Assembly (NCBI RefSeq): GCF_006345805.1
Contig: NC_043005.1
Location: 56,730,001-56,794,000 of the forward strand
Direction: 5' to 3'
Source of the DNA: Octopus sinensis
Lineage: Eukaryota
Length of the DNA: 64,000 nt
In this document: positions 11,690-25,612 of the stretch, piece after piece
Numbering within the stretch: the stretch's first letter is position 1
Layout of the letters: the number at the start of each line of letters is the position of its first letter
Notes under the pieces: generated by a model
Databases searched by the model: none
What the model was told of the DNA's origin: nothing
Seen by the model: only the letters and a program-made list of their open reading frames with translations
Made by a program: the position numbers and the translations under genes

Positions 11690-12657
11690 CTGGAACCCAG
11701 AAGTTCAGTCTGCTTTTTTGACAAGTTTAAATCCTGCACAAGATCATTCAGATCTCCCTGACTCAACAAATGTGGTTCGCTTGTAGAACAATTAGGCTCA
11801 AAGTCTATGTCTTCTGTTTCTTTCTCCATATTTTCATCACTTGACTTGTCATCACTAAGTGTCATTTGTTTTTGAGGGTCAGGTACAGGGATGTGTTGAC
11901 TGTGAAGTACTGGTCTCATAACAGATTGTAAATTAGAATATCTTACAGTATGCTCGGATTTAATGTTATATCTTGCATATTCGTCATGCAGAAGTAGCAA
12001 CCTGAAGTGTGATCTTTGGACTCCCTCCAAATCAAAAGGACAGCAAAAGGCATACAGCATGAACCTTTGGCCCATACAGTGAGAAGCCTGACACAGGTTA
12101 CACAACACACATGAGGGGCCCAGCTTTTATCCTGGTCACCCACTTTGCAATCAAAATAATGCACATAGCACTTTTTAATCAATAGTATGAATCACTATCT
12201 TTGTGACTTTGAATGTTAAGCCAACGCAAATATAGCAAAAGTTGCTTGCAATACTTATACAGTTTCATGGCATTATGAAGGTGAATGGAACATGTGAACT
12301 TAGTACACAACTGCACACCTACACTTCATGCACAGTACTGACAAAGCATCAATGATGCATCAACTCAGTATTGCCAAGCTTCAGGGACTCATTGACTCAG
12401 CTAGCTGGATTTATGATTTCACTAGGTTAATTCTATTCATAAACATTTAAATTAGCAGTATTTCTTAAACCGTTAGCTTCATATTTCAACAGCTTAACCG
12501 AAATATAGCTCACATAACAGGAACTGAGATGGATATCATGGAAGAGAGAAACTGTGGGTGATACAGATAATTTGACATTATTTTTGCATTCTGCATGCAA
12601 AAACATATAAGATACAGGTATTCTTTTTCTTGGAACAAATTCTTTGTTGACCAGTGT
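11690..12657 (-). mobile_element. 5' fragment of an invertebrate DNA transposase (QDKSWAPH family), degenerate
   Basis: KVGDQDKSWAPHVCCVTC...MPFAV..IWRE.KDH..CYFC and DLNDLVQDLNLSKKQTELLGSRLK; superfamily not assigned. Confidence 0.7.
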
Positions 12658-12734
12658 TATTCTTATTGTAGTTTACAAATCCAACCATGAAAACGTTAAT
12701 CAACTTTGAAGTTTTAGAAACCGACACCCCCTTT

Positions 12735-12769
<35 letters not shown>

Positions 12770-13019
12770 GAATGCATGAATGTACATATAAACTTATATT
12801 TGAATACATACATCCTCATACACTTATATATTAATGATGTACACAAATATATGACCAGTATACATATTATATTACTGAAATACGCATAAAGTAAACACAT
12901 ATAGACAAATATATAATACAAAATCAATATTATAAAAATCAATGAAGGGACAAAAGAAATAGTAAGATGACTTGTGTTGACTTTATTACGTATTTCAGTT
13001 TATTTAGAAACCTACAATG

Positions 13020-14600
13020 AACACATCATTTCACTTGACTCTTCCCTGCTTCTAGCTTTCGTTTCAGTTCATCAATCTTGTCTACCAATGTAAACCAGAA
13101 AGCCATTGTTCCCTGCATGGAGGTTTTGAGATCATTAAAGAGGGCAAAGATATCAGTCAAATGAGCCAGCTTGGCTAACCAATTCACATCTCTGAGCAAT
13201 TGTGACCAATTTGGATCTTTGTCCTGAAGAACTTTCACAACCTCGCTGAGCACACTGTTTAGTTCTGTTGACATTTTTTTTTCCAAAATTTTCTCGGTAA
13301 AGAAAGCAGCATGTTGACTTGCATTCTGGGGCAAGCGCCTTAATCTGGGTGACCACTCCTGAATGCTGTCCAGTCATTGCAGCAGCACCATCAAGTGGAG
13401 GTGCAATGGCCCAATGGTTAGGGCAGCGGACTCACGGTTTGTGGATCACGGTTTCGATTCCCAGACCAGGCGTTGTGTGTGTTTATTGAGCAAAAACACC
13501 TAAAGCTCCACGAGGCTCCGGCAGGGGGTGGTGGTGACCCCTGTTGTACTCTTTCACTCCAACTTTCTCTCACTCTTTCTTCCTGTTTCTTATCCCCGAC
13601 TTCCTACGCAACTGCTGAGCCTGGATGTACATTCATCCTACCGTCGATGCTCTCGGTGTCGGGGGTTGACCTGCTTTCTCTTCTGCGGGTCTTACGAATA
13701 GCAAAGGACCACGTTTCGGACTTCTCCCACTCTGGGACGAAGACCACTTCGCTCAACAAACAAACAAGCAGCACCATCAGAACATACACCTACACAAAAC
13801 TCGAAATCCAACCCACATTTGTTAACGATGTAATCGCTCACAGTCTTGAACACTTCAGAACTAATTGTTTTACTTGGTGGTGAAGCAGAGAAAAAAAAAG
13901 AACTCTTCCTTCAAATCACCTTTATGTTCAAAGTGCACATACACCTTCAGGATTGCTTGATTAGCAAAGTCTGTACACTCATCAAGTTGCTAAGGAAAGT
14001 ACTTTGCTAATTTAATCTGTCCTATGAGCTGATCTTCCGTATCATGAGTCAGATCATGAATTCATCGAGCTATAGTGTCATTTGAAAGTGGTACCTGAGC
14101 CACTTTCTCTACCACCAGCTTGCCTCGCATTTACATACAGACATCTTGAATACAGCCTATTACTAGCATCCCACCAATTATGTATGACTTTTTAGCCTTT
14201 GCAATTCGAAGTGCTACTTTATAAGAAGCCCACCATGCACAAGTATTTACGTATGACACTTCAAGTATCTACTTTCTTTCAAAGAACTCTTTCAGCTTTG
14301 AACTCATTTCTTTATGTTTTGTATTTAAATGTCTCTTGAGATTTGATGGCTTCATTGAGTCTTTAGCCAATACATCTCCACAAATAACAAACAGTGGTTT
14401 TTGCATTCCCCCCATCATTTGTGTCTACAAAAGCAAATTGAATGTATGAGGAGTCATTTTTCCAAGTGACACTAGTATGAATTCTTTTTGCCAGCAATAC
14501 TTCAGTTTCATTTACATTGCCGTCATCTGATTCAAAATTGCATTCAGCAACTGGATGTCTCGGCTTGATAAATATGTCCATAGGACCTTGCTTTGCCATC
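13020..14600 (-). mobile_element. hAT (Charlie/Buster-type) transposase remnant, interrupted by a SINE
   Basis: MTGQHSGVVTQIK, WLAKLAHLTDIF..FNDL..SMQG, an N-terminal MDIFIKP segment and a degenerate DECTD motif near 13970. Confidence 0.75.
13396..13885 (+). mobile_element. tRNA-derived SINE
   Basis: A-box-like TGGCCCAATGG and B-box-like GGTTTCGATTCC followed by a non-tRNA body. Confidence 0.8.
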
Positions 14601-15469
14601 TATAAATTAGGAATAAAAGTAATTAATATTGTCGCAAATATTTCAGTGTTTCTATTATTTAACTTTATTTAGTTAAGGTAATTAGTTTTTTCTTTAATTA
14701 TAATTATAATTGAATTTTTTCTTCATTTCATTGTGTATTAAAAAGAAAATTATTATTCTGGTATAATCTTTGGAATCTGGTGAATGCATTGTTCTTAAAT
14801 TGTATTTAAAAATTAAAGTTTAATATTTTTTTAATGTAATAATAATAAAGAAGCCATTTGTGTATTATTAAAGGGTCACATTCACAGTACACACATTATT
14901 ACACCCACAATAACAATACACTTGTCCTGATTGATTTTTTTTTTCAGCCATTTCAGAAAACGGAAACGATAGGTAATGAATTTAATTAAAATTTTGTTCT
15001 CATAATTTTAGTTAAAATTTATCATATTACAAACAGGATAAAAATGTGAAAGTTAAAATTATTCGTACTTACATTCTTAGATCAGTGGGTTATGACAAGG
15101 CCCCAAATGACAAACGTATGATGCTCTCTGTTCAACTTCTTGATATAATTGCGGGTGATCAGCCTATTCACAAGGTTGCCAGATATCACCACTCACCAGA
15201 GTTTCAATACCTCAACTCACTCCCTTTTGATCTCTCCACATTGCTTGAAATAACTTCCTTTCTACAACTGCAAACACTAATATAATCTTAATACTACACC
15301 AGTAAGCTATGGTAAATAGAAAATATATTGTCGTATCACAAATATGCTACATTTACTTACACAATCTCTACCACGGTTGGTGAGTACCATGCTCCACCGA
15401 CCAGCTGGTATGTTGTTTACTGTAGTGCATAAGGCAAAATTACTGAAATTATGGTAAACTGTTTGAAGC

Positions 15470-15742
15470 ATGACAATTGTTTCAGCCTCCGTTTTTCCTA
15501 GCAAAATACAAAATTTCACGGAAGCATGCTGTTCCTTCGTTTCAGCCATTGTAAAAATTGATGAACAAGGGAGAAGCACTGCAAAACAAAGATGCACCAC
15601 ATGCCAATACAACGTAACCTGAGCATGCTGGTCGGTAGACTGATGCCTGGGGGTTGCATCAAGTTGCCTTTAGCGGCAGAAGCCTGAACTACAACAGGCT
15701 ACCCACAGAGAACGTTTCCAGTTACTTTTGGAGACCTCCTCA
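15470..15742 (-). mobile_element. Mariner 5' fragment
   Basis: MAETKEQHASVKFCILLGKTEAETIVMLQTVY (mariner HTH start) with a TIR-like end near 15740. Confidence 0.7.
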
Positions 15743-15759
15743 TGTATCATCAACATCAT

Positions 15760-16800
15760 CATCATCGTTTAATATCCGTTTTCATGCTGGCGTGGGTTGC
15801 ACAGTTTGACCGAGGTTTGGAGAGCCAGCAGCTGCACCAGGCTCCAGTCTGGTGTGGCAATGTTTCTACAGCTTGATGCCCTTCCTAACGCCAACCCCTC
15901 CAAGAGTGTAGTGGGTGCTTTTTACCTGCCACCGGCACAGGAGCTAGTCAGGTGGTCCTGGCATCGATCATGTTCGGATAGTGCTTTTTACGTGCCACCG
16001 GCATAGACACTAGTCAAGCGGTCCTGGCATTGATTGCGTTTGGATAGTGCTTTTTACGTGCCACCAGCACGGTAGCTAGTCAAGGGGTACTGGCATCAGC
16101 CACATTTGGATAGTGCTTTTTATATTCCATTGGCACGAGGGCCAGTCAGGCGGTTCTGGCATCGATCACGTTTGGATAGTGCTTTTTACGTGTCACCAGC
16201 ATAGGATCCAGTCATGCAGACCTTGCATCGACCATGTTCGGATGGTACTTTTCATGTGCCATCCAGACAAGAGCCAGTAAGGGGACACTGGTATCAGCCA
16301 CGTTTAAATGATGCATTCTACATGCCATGGGAACAGAAGCCAATCAAGGAGCACTGTCCATAGCTATGATTTTGGTTTTACTTGACTCAATAGGTCTTCT
16401 CAAGCATATCATATCGCCCGACACATCAGGGCTACTCTCAAATGGGCTGGACATGCAACACTGGCAATGGCCATGGCTGCGATCTTACTTTAGCTGCTGG
16501 GTCTTCTCAATCACAGCATATCTCCAAAGGTCTCAGTCTCCTGTCATTGCCTCTGTGAAGCCCAATGTTCGATGGTCATGCTTCACCCCCTCATCCCATG
16601 TCTTCCTGGTCTACCTCTTCCACTGGTTCCTTCCACAGTTAGGGAGTGGCACTTCCTCACACAGCTGTCCTCATCTATACATAACACATGACCATACCAG
16701 TGCAGTCGTTTCTCATGCACACCATATTTGATGCTTCTCAAGCCCAACATTTCTCTACTATCGTGCATGTAGACTGACATACATCCAGCGGATCATACTA
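15760..16800 (-). mobile_element. RTE-clade LINE 3' end with a tandemly repeated 3' UTR
   Basis: KRLHWYGHVL...VEGTSGRGRP (RTE C-terminus), ~55-bp ggatagtgctttttacgtgccaccggc subrepeats, (GAT)n tail. Confidence 0.8.
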
Positions 16801-17110
16801 TTTTATTTAATTTGCTTTGCAGGAAGTACTGTTTCAACAAAGTCGTGTCTCGCCTTTACCTTCGAAACACAGGGTAGATGAAACAGAGGCTGCTGAAGAA
16901 GGGGGATTTTCCTTGTGTTGTATGTCTTGTACTCTGTTTTTCGTTGTTTAAAAAATGTCCGTTTCCTTGGTTTTGTTTTTATGTTTTCGTTTCTTATTGT
17001 GTTCAACGTTTTTTTTGGTGTCATGTACCCATATATACATGTATATATACATATAGATGTAGGTAAGTACATATATGTATGTATATATGCATGTGTTTTA
17101 TTTATTATTT
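16800..17110. repeat. Interspersed repeat, second copy at ~44985-45290
   Basis: ttttatttaatttgctttgc...gtttttatgttttcgtttc..attgtgttcaacgt is shared by both loci. Confidence 0.8.
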
Positions 17111-17129
17111 TGTTATATATATATATATA

Positions 17130-17525
17130 TACTAGCAGTATCGCCCGGCGTTGCTCGGGTTTCTAAGGGAAATAACTATATAACCATTTTTAGAGAGTTA
17201 TAGCCAAAAAATAGAAAAAAAATGCATTAAAAATGGAAAAAAATTATGGTAAATTTTTTTTTAAATCGTTGACTCATCGTAGACATTTTTAGAGAGTTAC
17301 TTCCCTTATATAATAGCGAAAAATGCATTAAAATGGAAAAAAATGATGGTAAATTTTTTTTTTAAATCGTAGACTCATCGTAGACGCGCGCTAATACCCA
17401 GAAGGGCTCGATATGAATCACGACTATAAGATACCCGGTTTTGGTTAAACTGCACTGCAAAATGTGGGAGTAGTTAGGAATCTAAATCATAGGAGACAGA
17501 CACACAACTTCACTTTTATATATAA

Positions 17526-17527
<2 letters not shown>
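17130..17527 (+). mobile_element. Non-autonomous Helitron/Helentron-like element
   Basis: 5' ACTAGC...CCCGGCGTTGCTCGGG hairpin and 3' cttttatatataaagat end in TA context; same family at 37582-38610. Confidence 0.6.
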
Positions 17528-17583
<56 letters not shown>

Positions 17584-17710
17584 GGAAAGAGAGAGGGAGG
17601 GAGTTGAAAATATGTAGAGAGAAAAAAATAAAAAGGAGAAGAGAAATGCCTTTGTTTCTTATAGTTTAATATCTATTTATAAATATATACATATTATATC
17701 AATATCGGGA

Positions 17711-17753
17711 ATTCCAACCGGTTTTCACTATTTAAATTAGCTTTTCAAGGAAC
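17711..17753 (-). ncRNA. Hammerhead-like motif, U3-A8 variant, possibly degenerate
   Basis: Minus strand: gttcc-TTGAAAA-gcta[atttaaa]tagt-GAAA-ACCGGT-TG-gaat. Register is ambiguous (G17 or an extra A). Confidence 0.4.
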
Positions 17754-17904
17754 ATTGTACAGTAATCAGTTCTCGTGACAGAGGGGTTTCGTCATTTTGG
17801 ATGTTTGAAGAATAAGAAGAATGAGTCTAGGGAGTGAACCAAGGGAAGGCAACGTGGTGTATACTGAATCTTCAGTATCTTTACACCTTGTATATTTCTA
17901 TATT

Positions 17905-18095
<191 letters not shown>

Positions 18096-19059
18096 TTTAT
18101 CAGATAACTGGTCAGTGATCGAAACATAGCCAAAATCAGAAGATCAACAGCTGCACAAACTTATGTTTCTGAAGCTCGGCTACAGAATGCGACAGTGACA
18201 ACGACTACTGCTACTGTCATAACTAACATGCACTCACACATCTACCATAGACAGACACAAACCAAATTACTTGGTTTAAACATTGAGAAATTTGTTTTTT
18301 GTATTGTGTTTCATTTGTCACAACATTTTTTTAAGGACAAATAAATATTTTGTTTTGCAATTTTTTCCGGTTGATAAAAGATATACTAGTCACGCATTGT
18401 TGTCAGTTATTTTGACTGCACTCCTCCCTGATGTTTTATTATTTTCACCAAAACAAGAAACCGTGAGACATTGAACAAACCAGGTCATTCAAACTTAGAT
18501 ATCAAATCTCTTATCACAATATGAGATTTCAAATATCTTTTCCTCGCACTTGTTATGTCACAGGAATGTTGTACTGTGATGAACCAATCAGAGAGCTTCT
18601 AAAATATTTCTTAAGCAACTGTATAAGGATAAACAGGCTTCAAAACCAGAGACCTGGTTACTGTAACTAAACACATCAGTCTCAGTACAGAAATTCTATA
18701 GTGATTGGATCAGCGAATTAGCTAAGTGAGAGCTGATTGTCAGGTAGTGGTGAGTCATCAGAATAGAATCAATAGATTATAGTAAAGAAGTAATGACAAA
18801 GAACAATAGATTGGTTGGATAGTAAGAAAATTAGAAAAAGACAGTTAAAAATGGTATCGCAACCGATATGCTGGTATTACAAATGGCTCTCCAGCAGTTC
18901 TTCGATGCGAAATACGAGAGTTGAGTCGTGGAGCTAAGGCACATGTTCACAGGACATGAGAGTAGGAGCACCACTAAATGGGTCTAGATCGAAGAGATAC
19001 GACATGAAAACAAAGTTACAAAGAGGGCTCTGTACAAAATGCTTAACAGTATTTCCCCC

Positions 19060-19212
19060 ATTGCTACGTTCTGAGTCCAAATTCCGCCAACGTCGACTTT
19101 GCCTTTCATCCTTTCGTGGTTGATAAATAAAGTACCAGAAACACTAGGGTCAATGTAATCAATTAGTCACTTCCCCCAAAATTTCAGGCCTTGTGCCTTA
19201 AGTTGAAAGAAC

Positions 19213-19252
<40 letters not shown>

Positions 19253-19400
19253 GTTATTATTATTAAGTCGACAAGCTAGCAAAATCGTTAGCACACTGGA
19301 CAAAAATGCTTAACGTCATTTCTTCCGCTTTTACATTATGAGTTTAAATGCCGGCATGATCAACTACTTTACCTCTCATTGTTTTGGGATCGACAAAATG
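19060..19400 (+). mobile_element. tRNA-SINE copies with (TTA)n tail
   Basis: ttctgagtccaaattccgcc...ctttcatcctttc...gccttgtgcc followed by (tta)n. Confidence 0.7.
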
Positions 19401-20329
19401 TGTTTGGCCCAAGCTAACCCCTTATTGAAGAGAAGGGTTCTTCTGGCGTGTGTGATAATGTGTATGCCCTCATCACTAACTTCGGTGTATGACCTAACGA
19501 AATCCAGTGCCTTATAAAGGATCTTCCTCGATTTAGATATATATATATATATAGGTCCACTATGTCTAATTGGTTAAACTGAACCCTATCTCTTCCACTA
19601 TTGGTTATAAACCATGTTATGTCTTCACTGAGGTGACGCCATAGGGCGCCAGAAGCCCTTCTAACAGCGTTATTGATTTTCTGATGAGCTGCTTGGTTTA
19701 TGATCCTTGATCCTAATAAAGGCTTCTTTCTTCACTAGTGTCTCTACTCTATCCTCTAACTGTCATATCCTTCACGTCATAGTTAATGCCATCATAAGCT
19801 TGAGAGGTAACAGTCCAATTATGTAACCCTGCACTCTTCAGAGATGGCAATTATGGAATGAAATATGCCGACTGCTCTCCATTGTTGGCGGTGAACAAAC
19901 ACATCTGGTTTGTGGTTGCTCTGAAAAAGATGATGCAATGAGCCAAGCAAGGGTTTAGAGTTATGTCCCTTGATACCAAATCAACACCTCTGGGGTGTTG
20001 CAAGGCGACAAGAGTTTTCAAGGAAAAAGTGTATGGAAAATATCTGTATGTTTTATGATTGGTGTTCTTCTGGGGTGAGGGGCACCAAAAGCCGCATATT
20101 TTATATTTTTTCTTTTGGGCTTCTTACAGTTTCCGTCTACCAAATCCATTCCTAAGGTTTTGGTTGGCCTGTGAATACAGTAGAAGACACTTGCCGAAGG
20201 TGCCACGCAGTGGCACTGAACCCAGAACCATGTGGTAGGGAACCAAACTTCTTACAATACAGTCACGAATTGTTCTGTTTCCCATGTCTGTCATTTTGTT
20301 AGTATTAGAACACATGAACAACTACTGGC

Positions 20330-21560
20330 CACTGCAATTTGCACAATTTGATTACAGTTTTGCCAAAGCTCTAAAATCTCAGAACCATCTGAATTCCATA
20401 ATTGCTCTGAAAACTGTTGGGCAGCAACAAATTGATACAACAATTGATCACTAGAGAGCTGCTCCCATTCAGTTCCATAATAGATCAGTAGAGAAAAATC
20501 ATGACATATTGAAAAGTTTAATTTGTTGTATTGCAATTTTGGCTTGCCAAGAATTATCATTTGGGGAAAACAACGAAACAGAACAATCAGACAATAAGAA
20601 TAATTTTCTGACTATATATGAAGCAGTAGCAGAATACAATGATTGTGTAAGATCATATTTAGATTTCTATTTCTTTACTACCCACAAGGGGCAAAACACG
20701 GAGAGGACAAACAAGGACAGCTAAAGGGATTAAGTCGATTATATTGACCCCAGTGCGTAACTGATACTTATTTAATCAACCCTGAAAGCATGAAAGGCAA
20801 AGTCAACCTCGGCAGAATTTGAACTCAGAACGTAACGGCAGACAAAATACCGCTAAGTATTTCGCCTGGTGTGCTGACGATCACCAGTTCGCTGCCTTAA
20901 ATCATATTTAGATTTCATGAATAAAAATGCCAACTGTACATTATCTGGACTTTCAAGTGATGTTCAAAATGAGATCATTAATAGAATAGCTGCTACAACT
21001 GAAGGTGAAATGATCAAACAAAACATTATTTGTTGCTGTTATGTTTGATGAGACTACAAATCTTTGAATGAAAGCTCAATTGTTATGCATCTTGCAATTT
21101 GTTGACGAGATGGAAAAACCTTGAGAAAGGGTTTTGGGATACACCAATGTCAGTAAAAATAGAAAAGCTGAATCGCTAACAGAAGTTCAAATATTTGTTA
21201 ATGAATTCAATTGTGGCCAAAAATTCATTGCACAAACTTATAATGGAGCTGGGTATTTAAATCGAGTACAAAGCGCAACCACCATATTTGTAGATTGTTG
21301 TGCACATTCACTTAATTTAGTACTCTCTCAATTGGCTTCAAGTACTAGTGGATATCGAATTTTCTTCCATATTTAAAAGGAATTTCAACTTTTTCTTGAA
21401 GTCAATGACTACTGGATGAAATCTTTGGAAAGCGATTTCCAAAGTTACATAAGACATGTTGAAATTATTCATCTCGAACAGCATCCATTTTGTCCAACAA
21501 ATTTCCTGAATTTTCTTAGTTATTTTCAACTATATTAGAAAATCCAGATGATAGCACCTC
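20330..21560 (+). mobile_element. hAT transposase remnant (ZMYM/Tip100-like) with a SINE inserted at ~20670-20898
   Basis: LACQELSFG, SSDVQNEII, MFDETT, KFIAQTYNGA, FVDCCAHSLNLVL across frames. Confidence 0.75.
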
Positions 21561-22008
21561 TTCATCGATTTCTTCGTCTGCCGTAAGGCATTATTTTTCA
21601 AACACGCCAGCTAAGTTGAATTGTCTAAAGTCGAAATACGCCTGTTGTTTTTGTCCTGTTATTATTATTATTATTATTGTTTTATGTATTTATATTCATA
21701 TTACTTTTTGTTTTTTGTATTTATTTTCGTGTAACATCATCCATTTTTCTCTCCTTGTTTCGTATACATTCGATCCTTTTTCCAAGAAATCTAATGCTCG
21801 TAGCTTAGTTTTTCCTTGGGGCTGGCCAGATCAGAACAATCTCAAGATTAATCAGCCGAAATTGTGAGGATGATCCGGTTCTTGACTGAAGATTAGAGGC
21901 TTCGAATGACCCGTCCGTTTTTGTATCTTCTATTTGAATGTTTTGCGTTCTTATCCCATTTTGTATTTTTATATATATATTTTATACATATATATATATA
22001 TGTATGTG

Positions 22009-22076
<68 letters not shown>

Positions 22077-23729
22077 ATTTATATATATATGTATGTATGC
22101 ATACACACATACACATACACAAGCATACACACACATACAAAAACACTAAAGTTAAAATTAAATAACTAAATAAATAGGTGGTCTAAAAATAAATAAATGA
22201 TTAGATGATTAAAACTATTGCATAACGCTTTGCACTTAATGTGTTGTATCTGATGAAGTATATTATATTATACTATAAACATATTCTAACAATGAATAAC
22301 AACTTATCTAATCCCTTATAATATCTTATCCATCGATTAAAAAATTTGTACTTATAATTTCCATCATAGAATTTCCCACTGTATTGCTCATATATTTTGG
22401 TAAATGCACATTTAATCCCCCTAATTAGACAGATACACGTTTTCACATTACAATATACGGTTTCATACATTTGTAATACCTTATTTCTCGTAAATAATCT
22501 AAAAACCACATCCCCTAGTCATATCGCTATAACCTATTAGATTATATTCACTAACCTATACGCTCATCAACTTTCTATTTCTATAATTCTTAATTTAATA
22601 TAATTTAATTTAATTTAATCTAGTCTCAATATCAATTTTTACTTTCATATCTACCCATAGTTAAATGTGAATTATTTGTTTCTGTTTTCATACATATAAT
22701 TTTTTATATAGTTTGTTTGTATTATCTGTTAACCACTAACTAACCATAGCAGTGCCATGGCCTTTCAAATAATTTAGCTGACCAATTAAATTACGTGAAT
22801 GACCACAACCCCCTCCCCGTTACTTATAGGGATTCACAACTTGTTAACTATAAAATAGTGGAATAAATAACGGAAGGTAATACAGTATCTTGTTAACTGA
22901 CCAGAGATTTAAAGCATTTACTAATTTAGTACCAAGTGCGGATGTTTACCCTTTGAACGGCAGATTGAGAAATTAATTTTTTGTAACTAAACACTTTCAA
23001 ACTTCAGACACTGGTAGAATGTGTCGTATAAAACATCTTTCTAGAAACAAATACTGCCACCACATTTCCACTATTGAAACACTATTACCAACTCTACCAC
23101 CACCACCATTGTAACTTTCAGCACTGCTACTAACATAACCACCAGTACCACTATTAATACCACCAGCCCCACAACTACCACTACTCCTACAACCAACACC
23201 AACACCACTCCAAATACCATGAACATCATCACTATTTCTAGTGTTATCACCACCACTACTACTACTCATACCACTATTTCTCCACCTCAACAACCACTAC
23301 TACTACTACTAGCATCACTACCACCACTGTTACCACTGCAGACATTTAAAAAAAAGTGATAAACAAAACATCGAAAAACAATACTTTTATATTATTTTAA
23401 TTTTATAATACAATTTGTTAGAGAGCAGCTTCCAATAAACAAACACTGGCTGTTAGAATCACAGACAGAAGATTGGTACCAACTGTAGCATCAGCAATAG
23501 ATGACTAGTGCCAATTGTTAGTGCCAACACTACAACTTGTATGGGTCATAGACATAGGCTAACACCAACTGTTAGAATCACAGCTAATACACAGCTAGTA
23601 CTAGCCCTAAGAGTCACAGCCAAAACACTGGCACCCATTATTAGGGTCACAAACAAAACACTAATGTCAATTGTATAGGCTACAGGCAAAAGTCCAGTGG
23701 TGCTTATTATAATGCACAGCAGTCCATCA

Positions 23730-24480
23730 GTTGTCACACAACAAAGACAACAGCCTGCTACCAGCTGTCAGAGAATAAGGACTGACTTGGTGCCAAGCAT
23801 CAGACAAAAGACCTCTTGGTGCCAACTGTCACACAGCAGATGAGACAACAGTCTGGTGCTAAGACAACACAAACAGCAGTCTGGTATCAGCTGTCAGGTA
23901 ACAGAAATATCAGTCTGGAGCCAACTGTGAGGCAACAAAAACTGATATGGTACCAGCTATCACCTAACAGATGAGAAAATAATCTGGTGTCAAAACAACA
24001 GAGACAGCAGTCTGGTGCCAATAGTCAGACATCAAGGACTAACCTGGTGCCCAGCATCAGATAAAAGACCTCTTGGTGTTGTCACCCAACAAATGAGACA
24101 AAAGATGGGTGCCAAGACAACAGAAGATGCAAGCAGTCTGGTGTCATCAGATAACAGGAATACAGCAGTCTGGTGCCAACTGTGAGGCAATAAAGGTTGA
24201 TTTAGTACCAGGCATCAAATAAAAGACCTCTTGGTACCAGCTGTCACATAACAGATAACCAGGGGCCGGGACAACACAGACAGAAGTCTGATGCCAACTG
24301 TAAGACAATAAACATTGATAACATGCCAGGCATTAAATATATGACTCTTTGGTGCCAACTAATACACAACAAAGAAGTAGCCTGGTGCCAAGACAACAGA
24401 GACAGCAGTCTAATGCCAGTTGTTGCACAACAAAAACTGATCTGATACCAGGAATCAATAGCCCTCTCTTGTTGCCAGAT
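23730..24480. repeat. Degenerate cryptic tandem repeat in the presumptive 3' UTR
   Basis: Many recurrences of (ca)gtctggtgccaa(ctgtca) and gacctcttggtg. Confidence 0.6.
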
Positions 24481-24692
24481 GTCGCATAAGAGACAGCCTA
24501 GCAAAATATTCCCAACAATGTGATGTCGTCAATTTGATTGAGTGGTCTGGCTGGCTGGCTGGCTGGCTAACTCATGAGCCAGAAATGGGTGAAAGGGGTA
24601 GACACAGAATTGAGCTAAGGTGAAGTTTGTGATGAACAACAGATAAATGACAAGATAAGTGAGAGAGAAAGTCTAAGTGTTGAATAATGTCC

Positions 24693-24789
24693 TCAACTGA
24701 TCACCATATTAGCTGCAGGCTCTCCATCAGTAGATGAGGGATTAACCTCAGTGAGAGTAACAGTAACTTGTTGCTCCGGCTGCTGTTCC

Positions 24790-24827
<38 letters not shown>

Positions 24828-25612
24828 TTGTTGCTGCTGGTCTACTGTTTCATTTGTGGTTGCTAACTCTGATGTTTCTGCTACAGTTGCTGCTACTGCT
24901 TCAACTTCTGTGGTTGTTGTTGCTGCTGCTGTTGTTGTTGCGGCTGTTGTTGTTGTTGTTGTTGCTGTAGTTGCTACTTCGGCAGTAGTTTCCATGACTG
25001 TTTCTGCAGCTGACAATGTTGTTGATGTTGTTGTTGTTGCTGTTGTCAATTCCACTGTGTCTGTTGCAATTGCTGCCTCCGCTGTTGCTAATATTGCCGT
25101 TTCTGTTGTGGTTGCTACAATGGCCTCTGTTGACTCCACTGGAGCTTCTTTCACTTCCATCCCCAACACCAGACCCGACCCTTCCACAACACCTTCAGTC
25201 AATTCCGACAATGACTGTTCAACAACAGGCGCTACCATCGTTGTTGTTGTTGGTGTCGTCGTTGATGTTGTCATGACATCAGCACTGACGAATGTCACCT
25301 GGCTAACTGTGATAGCCTCGCTGATTGGTACCGCGATGTGATGTTTCGTCATCATCAGGCTTTCTGTGAGATTCTGCCCAAGTTCCTTCACGTCAAGCAC
25401 TCCTTCTTCTACTTCTCCATCCTCTTGTCTCTCCCCCCCACTTACTTCCCCTTCTTCTCCCACCGATTCTGAAACCCCTGTCCCTTCAGTCAGCACACAG
25501 CTGGGATCTGCACTGATATCCTCAAACTGCTCCGTCTGAGATGCAACAGCAATTTCGGAGCCACCCAAAGGATTGCTTTCAGTCAGCGTTATTTCACCAT
25601 CTTCAGAATTTC
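24693..25612 (-). CDS. C2H2 zinc-finger gene, terminal coding exon (Thr/Ala/Glu/Gln-rich tail)
   Basis: Polypyrimidine tract plus tag|GA acceptor at 25613-25615, phase 1 matching the upstream exon; open to TGA at 24693. Confidence 0.8.

Noticed and set aside
13396-13470. tRNA-like sequence
   Set aside because: Head of a SINE; no convincing cloverleaf or acceptor stem.
16880-16915. CTGAAGA plus hairpin in the 16.8/45.0-kb repeat
   Set aside because: GAAA is replaced in both copies.
19681-19730. CTGATGA core
   Set aside because: No stem II or GAAA downstream.
21815-21875. ggctg...cagcc-GAAA hairpin resembling an HHR
   Set aside because: CUGANGA core absent; at best a decayed remnant.
22997-23340. 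Gly/Val-rich ORFs
   Set aside because: (ACC/ACT)n low-complexity sequence downstream of the gene.
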